DNA of 64,000 nucleotides from Deltaproteobacteria bacterium. Lineage in GTDB: Bacteria > Myxococcota > Kuafuiibacteriia > Kuafuiibacteriales > Kuafuiibacteriaceae. The translations under genes were made by a program, and so were the position numbers. Where the stretch lies: contig JAVJQW010000012.1 in assembly GCA_040218735.1 (NCBI GenBank), positions 224,001 to 288,000 of the forward strand. Direction: 5' to 3'. The notes below the pieces were generated by a model that was not told where the DNA came from, made no database searches, and saw only the letters and a program-made list of their open reading frames with translations. The first letter of the stretch is position 1. Every line of letters starts with the position of its first letter. This document shows positions 56,668-64,000 of this stretch, piece after piece.

Positions 56668-57192
56668 TCAGCTGGCCGGTGCGGGCTCGACCGGTCGGTC
56701 CACCTCGCGGGCCCGGACGATTCGAATGAGCTCGAAGGTCCCGGGCGCCTCCACGAGGTCGGCCCAGCGCGCCGATTCCGCCTCCAAGAGGGCGGCGTCG
56801 GCCGTCTTGAGGACGTCGTCCACGCCGCTGAGGAACTGGAGCGACTCCTCCCAGCCCGGGTTGTGGCCGAGGAGGAGCAGGGTCTGCACTTCGTCGTTGG
56901 CCTCGCGGAGCGCGTTCACGACGTCTTCGGGGCGCGCGCGATAGAGCGCCCGCTCGAAGGCCACCACGGGGGCGGCGTCGACGGCGCCGCACAACAGCTC
57001 GGCGGTGGATCGGGTGCGCTGCGAGTCGGAGGCGACGATGCAGTCCGGGACCCACCCGAGCTCCTGCAGGTGGCGGCCGACCGCCGGCGCAGCGCGACGT
57101 CCGCGTTTGTTGAGCGGGCGCGCGTGGTCGTTCGGCGCGTCCGACTTCCAGGAGCTCTTCGCGTGACGCATGAGGATGAGGCGACGTCGCAT
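56668..57192 (-). CDS. Histidine phosphatase family protein (SixA-like)
   Basis: RRLILMRHAKS, DHARPLNKRG, RTRST, LGHNPG. Confidence 0.9.
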   Translation of the reverse strand: MRRRLILMRHAKSSWKSDAPNDHARPLNKRGRRAAPAVGRHLQELGWVPDCIVASDSQRTRSTAELLCGAVDAAPVVAFERALYRARPEDVVNALREANDEVQTLLLLGHNPGWEESLQFLSGVDDVLKTADAALLEAESARWADLVEAPGTFELIRIVRAREVDRPVEPAPAS

Positions 57193-57239
57193 GGGCGAGT
57201 CGGAGCGTATCACCAAGTGCGTTAGGATCGCGCCCGACC

Positions 57240-58400
57240 GTGGGGAGCCAACCCGTCATCGCCGGCACGCCGGTGTGCCCGGCGTGTGAGCGGGCACGGG
57301 ACGTCGGCGCCCAGGAGTGCCCCTTCTGCGGCGTCGTCTACGCGCGGTACCGGCCGCGCCTGCCCGAGTCGGCGCTCGAGCCCGTCGAGGAGGCCCCGAC
57401 GCCGAACGTCGCGCGGATCCGTCTGTCCCTCGCCGAGAGCGAGCGTTTCTTCACCTGCGCGGCGCAGGCGCTCGAGGCTGGACTGTCGTTGTCGCAATTC
57501 GTCGATGGCCCAGCGCTCGGCGGGTTCCCGGCGCCGCTCCGCGGGCACCTGAAGTCGTCGCTCGACGCTGGGTCCACGTTCTCGGACGCGCTCGCCGAAG
57601 CGCAGATCACCTCGCGGGCGGACACCGCGCTGCTCGCGGCTGGTGAGACGCAGGGCAAGCTGGCCGGCGCGTTGACCACCCTCGCGATGCGGTACGAGGC
57701 GACGCGCAACGCGCGGCGTCGGATGTTGATGCTCCTGCTCTACCCGACGGTGTTGTTCGTCGCGTCGAACGTGATCCTCCCGCTCCCGACCGCCGTGACG
57801 GAGGGCGTCGGCGCGTACCTCGCGACGGCCGTCCCGCCGGTGCTCGCGGTCGCGTTGATCTACGTGTTCGCGGCGTTCGTGATCCCGCGGCTCTCGCCGC
57901 GCGCGCTCGCGCCGGTGCGGGATGCGCTGGGGTACGTGCCGCCGATCTCGTTCATCCTCGTCGCGCGGGCGCGCGCGACGTTCGCCGAGACCCTCGCCGC
58001 CGGCGTGTCGGCGGGCCTCTCGATGCGACTCGCCGTACAGCTCGCGGCGGACGCGGCGGGGCACAAGAGGATCACCCCCCAGGCGGACGACGTCGTGTCG
58101 GCGCTCGAAAACGGTTCGTCGCTCGCGGACGCGCTGCGTGCGACCGGCTTCTACGCCGAGACGGACCTCGCGCTGATCGGCCACGGGGAGATCGTCGGCA
58201 AGCTCGACGAGGTGCTCCCGCGCGTGCAGGCGGAACACGCTCGGAAGGCGCGCGCGCTGACGACCGCGGTGATCATCGGGGCGAGCGTCGTGGTCCTGAC
58301 CGCGGTGGTCGTGACGATCGCGATCGCGATCATCGACGGGTTCTCGGCGTACTTCGGAGCGATGAACAACAGCATCGACGGCCTGTTCCAGGAGCTATGA
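57240..58400 (+). CDS. Type II secretion / type IV pilus platform protein (GspF/PilC family) with an N-terminal Zn ribbon
   Basis: CPAC...CPFC; two T2SS-F repeats (AGETQGKL...LYP; GEIVGKLDEVL). Confidence 0.8.
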   Translation: MGSQPVIAGTPVCPACERARDVGAQECPFCGVVYARYRPRLPESALEPVEEAPTPNVARIRLSLAESERFFTCAAQALEAGLSLSQFVDGPALGGFPAPLRGHLKSSLDAGSTFSDALAEAQITSRADTALLAAGETQGKLAGALTTLAMRYEATRNARRRMLMLLLYPTVLFVASNVILPLPTAVTEGVGAYLATAVPPVLAVALIYVFAAFVIPRLSPRALAPVRDALGYVPPISFILVARARATFAETLAAGVSAGLSMRLAVQLAADAAGHKRITPQADDVVSALENGSSLADALRATGFYAETDLALIGHGEIVGKLDEVLPRVQAEHARKARALTTAVIIGASVVVLTAVVVTIAIAIIDGFSAYFGAMNNSIDGLFQEL

Positions 58401-59373
58401 ATCGCTTCGTCCCCACGCGCGCCCTCCCCTTCGGGCACCTGATGACGATCGCGAGCGCGCTCTCGGAGCACGTGCGTCGTCGGCCGAAGCTCCCCGAAGA
58501 GCGCAGGCGGTTTCGAACCGACGATGAGACGGAGGTGCTCGGCGTGTGTTCGTGGCACGACGACACCCCGCGCGGGACGGTGATCGTGCTGCACGGCCTC
58601 ACCGGCGACGGCGACGCGAGTTACATCGTGAACACCGCGCACAAACTCTACGCGCGCGGGTTCGACGTCGTTCGATTGAACGCGCGAAACTGCGGCGGCA
58701 CCGAGTCGTGGACGCCGACGCTCTACCACACGGGGCTGACCACGGACCTCGCGGCGGTCGTCGACACCTTGGTCGCGGAGGGGCGCGGGCCGCTCCACGC
58801 GATCGGCTTCTCGATGGGCGGCAACGTCGTCCTGAAGTACGCGGGCGAACGCGGGGAGGCGTCGTGTCTCGAGCGCGTCGTCGCGGTGTCGCCGCCGGTC
58901 GAGATCGCGCTCGCTTCGGCCGCAATCGATCGTGGGTTCCTCAACGGCATCTACCAGCGCGCGTTCCTCGACAGCCTCGCGGACCTCGTGCGGCGAAAGG
59001 CGAAGCTCTACCCGGGTCGCTACGACGTCGCCGGGCTGAAGGGCGCCACGTCGCTCAGGATCTTCGACGACCGGTACATCGCACCGTGCTTCGGCTTCGC
59101 GGACGCGGACGACTACTACTTCCGCGCGAGCGCCGGGCGGCACCTCGAAGGCATCCGCGCCCAGACCCTCGTGCTGCACGCGAGGGACGACAGCTTCGTG
59201 CCCGCGGCCCCGCTCGAGGAGTGGCGGCGCTGGGCGCCCGACCACGTGCACATCGAGATCACGGAGCACGGCGGCCACGTCGGCTTTGTGTCGCGGCGCG
59301 CGGCGCGGGTCGGTGACCCGGACGCGTTCTGGGCGGAGAATCGGGCGGTCGACTGGGTCGACGGGCGGGCCGG

Positions 59374-59392
<19 letters not shown>
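58397..59392 (+). CDS. YheT-family alpha/beta hydrolase
   Basis: GHLMTI, LHGLTG, NARNCGG, YHTG.T.DL, GFSMGGN, HARDD, GGHVGF. Confidence 0.9.
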
Positions 59393-60165
<773 letters not shown>

Positions 60166-60207
60166 GAGCGGGGACCGAGAAGATGAGATTGGGTCCGGGA
60201 AGTAAAG

Positions 60208-60546
60208 CTAATCTCGGATGCGCTTCTTGATGTCCGGGACCGAGGAGGGGTCGTCCGCGCGCATGTAGCGCTTCTCGCCGTCCAGCGCCGTGACGTTCTC
60301 GTAGACGCCCTTCTCCCGGCGGACGAGCTTCGTGAACCCCATCTCCTTGAGCTTGCTGTTGCCAGCCGGCATCGACAGGCCCGGCGCGTAGAGGATGCGC
60401 TCCACCTCGGCCTCGGGGTCCGTGTCTTGGACCGGGACTTCCGCGCGCGCACACACCTCGCCCCAGGTCTTGAGGTCCTCCTTCATGGAGTGGGCGACCT
60501 CGACCGTCTCACCGTTGGCGGCGCAGTAGTACGCGTAGACCGGCAT
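60208..60546 (-). CDS. FmdB-like zinc-ribbon protein
   Basis: MPVYAYYCAANG..VEV.H.M, GFTKLVRREKGVYENV. Confidence 0.75.
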   Translation of the reverse strand: MPVYAYYCAANGETVEVAHSMKEDLKTWGEVCARAEVPVQDTDPEAEVERILYAPGLSMPAGNSKLKEMGFTKLVRREKGVYENVTALDGEKRYMRADDPSSVPDIKKRIRD

Positions 60547-60631
60547 CAGCGCCCCCATTCCCTCCGCTGGCCGTCCTCGCTGTCAAGGCCTGCGTTGACT
60601 CGGGTCCTCGCCCCGTGGTGCTCGATCCCGC

Positions 60632-62683
60632 ATGAGGTTCACACCCGCGCTGCTCGCCGTGTTCGTCACCCTCCCCCTCACCGCCCGCGCCGACGAGGGG
60701 ATGTGGCTCCTGAACGACTTCCCGACCGAGAAGACGAAGGCGCTCGGCTTCACGCCCGACCAGGCCTGGCTCGACGATGTCCGGCTCGCCTCGGTCCGCC
60801 TCGCGGGCGGGTGCTCGGCGAGCGTGGTCTCCGAGCAGGGCCTCGTCCTCACGAACCACCACTGCGCCGCGCGGTGTGTGGCGCAGCTGTCGACCAAGAA
60901 GAAGGACCTCGCCGCGAACGGCTTCTACGCGAAGCGGCCGCAGGACGAGAAGCAGTGCCCCGCAATGGAGCTCAACCAGCTCACGAACATCGAGAGCGTC
61001 ACGGCGCGCATCAACGGCGCGACGAAGGGGCTCGAGGGCGCCGCGTTCAAGGAGGCGCGCGACAAGGAGATCGCCGCGATCGAGAAGGCGTGCGCGACGA
61101 GCGACGCCGTGCGCTGCGACGTCGTCACGCTCTACCACGGCGGACGCTACGACCTGTACACGTACCGCCGGATGCAGGACGTCCGCCTGGTGTTCGCGCC
61201 GGAGGAGGACATCGCGTACTTCGGCGGCGACCCGGACAACTTCAACTTCCCCCGCTACAACCTCGACATGACGCTCCTCCGCATCTACGAGGACGGCAAA
61301 CCCGCGAAGACGCCAAATCACTTCCGCTGGTCGAAGGCCGGCTCCTCGGCGAACGACCTCGTGTTCGTGAGCGGCAACCCGGGGCGGACGAGCCGCGGCA
61401 ACACGGTCGCCGAGCTGGAGTACCTGCGCGACGTCTATCTCCCCGACCGCATCTTCTGGCTCGCCGAGCTGCGCGGTCAGCTCACGGTGTTCGCGCGCTC
61501 CAGCAAGGAGCACCACCGCATCTCGAAGACGGATCTGCTCTACGTGGAGAACGGGTACAAGGCGCTCAAGGGGCGGCTCGGCGCGCTGCTCGACAAGGAC
61601 TTCTTCGCGTCGAAGGTCGAAGCGGAGAAGAAGCTCCGCGCGAAGGTCGACGCGGACCCGAAGCTCGCCGCCTATCGCGGCGCGTGGACGGAGATCGACA
61701 AGGCGCTGCGCGTCGCGCGCAACCTGCGCACCGAGTACAACGCGAAGGAGGCGCGCGGGACCTTCGGCTCGTCGATGATGGGTCACGCGCGCACGCTCGT
61801 TCGGTGGGCGGCGGAGAAGGACAAGCCGAACGGCGAGCGGCTCCCCGAGTACACCGACTCGAAGCTCCCCGCGCTCAAGGCTCGGCTGCTCTCGAAGGCG
61901 CCGATCTACCCCGACCTCGAGGAGCTCAAGATCGCGCTGTACCTCACCAAGCTGCGCGAGGAGCTGGGCCCCGACGACCCCTTCGTGAAGAAGGTGCTCG
62001 GCAAGGACTCGCCGGAGAAGCTCGCGAAGAAGCTGGTGAAGTCGAAGCTGGTGCGCCCTGCGCTCCGGAAGAAGCTCTTCGAAGGCGGCGCCGCCGCGGT
62101 CGCGAAGTCGAAGGACCCGATGATCGTCCTCGCGCGTGTGATCGACGCCGACGGCCGCGCCGTGCGCGAGAAGTACGAGACGCAGGTCGAGTCGGTGATC
62201 GACAAGAACACCGAGCGGGTCGCAAACGCACGCTTCGCCGCGCTCGGCACGAGCACCTACCCGGACGCGACGTTCACGCTGCGTCTGTCCTACGGGCAGG
62301 TGAAGGGCTTCGACCACCACGGCGCGCCGGTGAAGCCGTACACGACGATCGCCGGGGCGTTCGGCCGCGCGACCGGCGAGGTGCCGTTCAAGCTCCCGAA
62401 GTCGTTCACCAAGAACAAGGGCAAGATCGACCTGTCGACGCCGATGAACCTCGTCACCACGAACGACATCATCGGCGGCAACTCGGGCTCACCGCTGTTC
62501 AACGCAAAGCGCGAGATCGTCGGGCTGATCTTCGACGGGAACATCTACTCGCTCGGCGGCGACTACGGGTTCGATCCCTCCGTGAACCGCGCCGTCGCGG
62601 TGGACAGCCGCTTCATGGTGGAGGCGCTGCGCAACGTGTACGGCGCAAAGCGCCTGCTCACCGAGCTCGGTCACACGCCGTAG
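60632..62683 (+). CDS. S46 family dipeptidyl peptidase
   Basis: ADEGMW, GCSAS.VS..GLVLTNHHC, GGDPDNF.FPR, YPDATFTLRLSYG, DIIGGNSGSP, FDGN. Confidence 0.95.
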   Translation: MRFTPALLAVFVTLPLTARADEGMWLLNDFPTEKTKALGFTPDQAWLDDVRLASVRLAGGCSASVVSEQGLVLTNHHCAARCVAQLSTKKKDLAANGFYAKRPQDEKQCPAMELNQLTNIESVTARINGATKGLEGAAFKEARDKEIAAIEKACATSDAVRCDVVTLYHGGRYDLYTYRRMQDVRLVFAPEEDIAYFGGDPDNFNFPRYNLDMTLLRIYEDGKPAKTPNHFRWSKAGSSANDLVFVSGNPGRTSRGNTVAELEYLRDVYLPDRIFWLAELRGQLTVFARSSKEHHRISKTDLLYVENGYKALKGRLGALLDKDFFASKVEAEKKLRAKVDADPKLAAYRGAWTEIDKALRVARNLRTEYNAKEARGTFGSSMMGHARTLVRWAAEKDKPNGERLPEYTDSKLPALKARLLSKAPIYPDLEELKIALYLTKLREELGPDDPFVKKVLGKDSPEKLAKKLVKSKLVRPALRKKLFEGGAAAVAKSKDPMIVLARVIDADGRAVREKYETQVESVIDKNTERVANARFAALGTSTYPDATFTLRLSYGQVKGFDHHGAPVKPYTTIAGAFGRATGEVPFKLPKSFTKNKGKIDLSTPMNLVTTNDIIGGNSGSPLFNAKREIVGLIFDGNIYSLGGDYGFDPSVNRAVAVDSRFMVEALRNVYGAKRLLTELGHTP

Positions 62684-64000
62684 CGCTCGACGAGGGCGTC
62701 GATGCTGGCGGCGAACTCCGTGGTGTCGGCGAAGCGTGCGTCGCGCTCCTTCTCCAGGGCGCGCATGACGAGGTCCTCGACGGCGCGCGCCGCCTCGCGG
62801 TTCGGGTGCGGCAGTCGCATCGGCGGCGGCGGTTGCGTGAGCACACGCGAGAGGATCTGAACCGTGGAGCCGCCGTCGAACGGCACGTGCCCCGTGAGCA
62901 TTTGGTAGAGGATGACGCCGAGTGTGTAGAGGTCGGTGCGGAGATCGATCTCCTCCCCCGCGGCCTGCTCGGGCGACATGTACCGCGGCGTCCCGAACAC
63001 CATCCCGGCCTTCGTGATCGAACGCGCGCCGTCGCGGTCGGTGATCTTGGCGATGCCGAAGTCGAGGATCTTCGGAATGGGGCTGCCCTCGCGCTCCGTG
63101 ATCACGACGTTCTCGGGCTTCAGATCCCGGTGCACCAGCCCCGCCGCGTGCGCGTGTTTGAGGCCGGCGAGGATGTGCCGGATGAACGCGAGGGCCAGCC
63201 GGATGTCGAGCGGGCCGGTGCGGTGTAACAGCGACGCGAGCGACTCCCCTTCGACCACGTCCATGACGAGGAACATCCGACCGTCACTCGCGTACCCGAA
63301 GTCCGTCACGCGCACGATGTTCGGGTGGTCGAGGCGACACACCGAGCGCGCCTCGAGCTGGAACCGCTCCTTCGCGGCCGGCATCTCCGACAGCTCCCAA
63401 CGCATCACCTTCAACGCGACCGGCTTACCGAGCAGCATGTGCTCGGCGCGGTACACGACCGAGACACCGCCCTCGCCGAGCACGCCGATGATCCGGTAGC
63501 GCCCCGACACGACGTCGCCGGGCGACAGCTTGTGCGCCGTCGGACCAGGCGCGGCGTCATCGGACGGCTCGGACGTCTGGTAGGGCGGGAGCGTGACGGG
63601 ATCCTCGATCACCAGATCCCCGTCCGGGGACGAAGACGAAGCGTCGGGCTGCGAACGTGAACCCTCGCGAGGCGTAGGCGGCTCGAACGGAGGAAGGATC
63701 GGGTTCGACCGCGACTGCGGCGGACGCGGCTCGTAGGGCTCGGTGCCCTGCGGATCCGAACGCGACTCCGGCGGCCGCCGCGGCGGCTCGTACGGATCCG
63801 GCTGCGGCGTCGACTGCGACTTCGACCACTCCTCGGGGAACGGCGTCTCGTTGCGCTCGATCTCGAATCCGGAGTCGTCGTCGTCCGGGAGCTCGGGCGG
63901 CTCCATCGACGGCTGCGACGACGACGGCGGCGGCGCCGCGTCATCCGGCATCGGCGTGGAGTCGGACCCCGCGACGATCGCGTCGATCAGGGAGTCGAGC
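62671..64000 (-). CDS. Ser/Thr protein kinase with a long Pro/acidic disordered N-terminal region (frame stays open to the window edge, so the start may lie outside)
   Basis: LGEGGVSVVY, VALK, HRDLKPEN, DFGIAK, GTPRYMSPEQ; no stop in frame between 63951 and 64000. Confidence 0.92.
   Translation of the reverse strand, partial: LDSLIDAIVAGSDSTPMPDDAAPPPSSSQPSMEPPELPDDDDSGFEIERNETPFPEEWSKSQSTPQPDPYEPPRRPPESRSDPQGTEPYEPRPPQSRSNPILPPFEPPTPREGSRSQPDASSSSPDGDLVIEDPVTLPPYQTSEPSDDAAPGPTAHKLSPGDVVSGRYRIIGVLGEGGVSVVYRAEHMLLGKPVALKVMRWELSEMPAAKERFQLEARSVCRLDHPNIVRVTDFGYASDGRMFLVMDVVEGESLASLLHRTGPLDIRLALAFIRHILAGLKHAHAAGLVHRDLKPENVVITEREGSPIPKILDFGIAKITDRDGARSITKAGMVFGTPRYMSPEQAAGEEIDLRTDLYTLGVILYQMLTGHVPFDGGSTVQILSRVLTQPPPPMRLPHPNREAARAVEDLVMRALEKERDARFADTTEFAASIDALVERYGV

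Overview
A 64-kb high-GC (about 70% by eye), gene-dense chromosomal window with no rRNA, tRNA or CRISPR-Cas locus that I can see. A MYXO-CTERM-anchored surface protein, two Ser/Thr kinases, a TPR/PEGA protein, an FHA-domain sigma54-activator-like protein and RDGG-repeat lipoproteins point to a Myxococcota-like host (inference). About 55 CDS are supportable. They include accD (partial), a CHASE2 adenylate cyclase, TetR plus hydrolase, CoA-transferase, Bcr/CflA MFS, RRM protein plus fatty-acid desaturase, a BlaI/BlaR1-like pair, class II photolyase, Leu/Phe/Val dehydrogenase, penicillin-acylase-family Ntn hydrolase, di-heme peroxidase, a RAYT/Y1 transposase, LarA-family protein, GldA/F/G-like ABC system, UPF1/IGHMBP2-like helicase and an S46 peptidase. 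Most unusual signals: (1) a 19-codon leader ORF with mutually exclusive hairpins, one burying the SD of an RbfA-like gene (candidate translational attenuator); (2) an orphan ParA with two N-terminal TRASH/FCS-type Cys4 fingers, coupled to a small partner with an RHH-like C-terminus; (3) a rhodanese-YggX fusion; (4) a BlaR1-like protease carrying lytic transglycosylase and M23 domains, with a twin-palindrome operator; (5) a RAYT flanked by a REP-like hairpin array and a 297-bp decayed tandem duplication; (6) a catalytically degenerate sigma54 activator facing a sigma54 promoter for a near-leaderless 64-aa membrane peptide; (7) a frameshifted EF-hand/calpain-like protease. All family calls come from motif recognition by eye; no database search was run.
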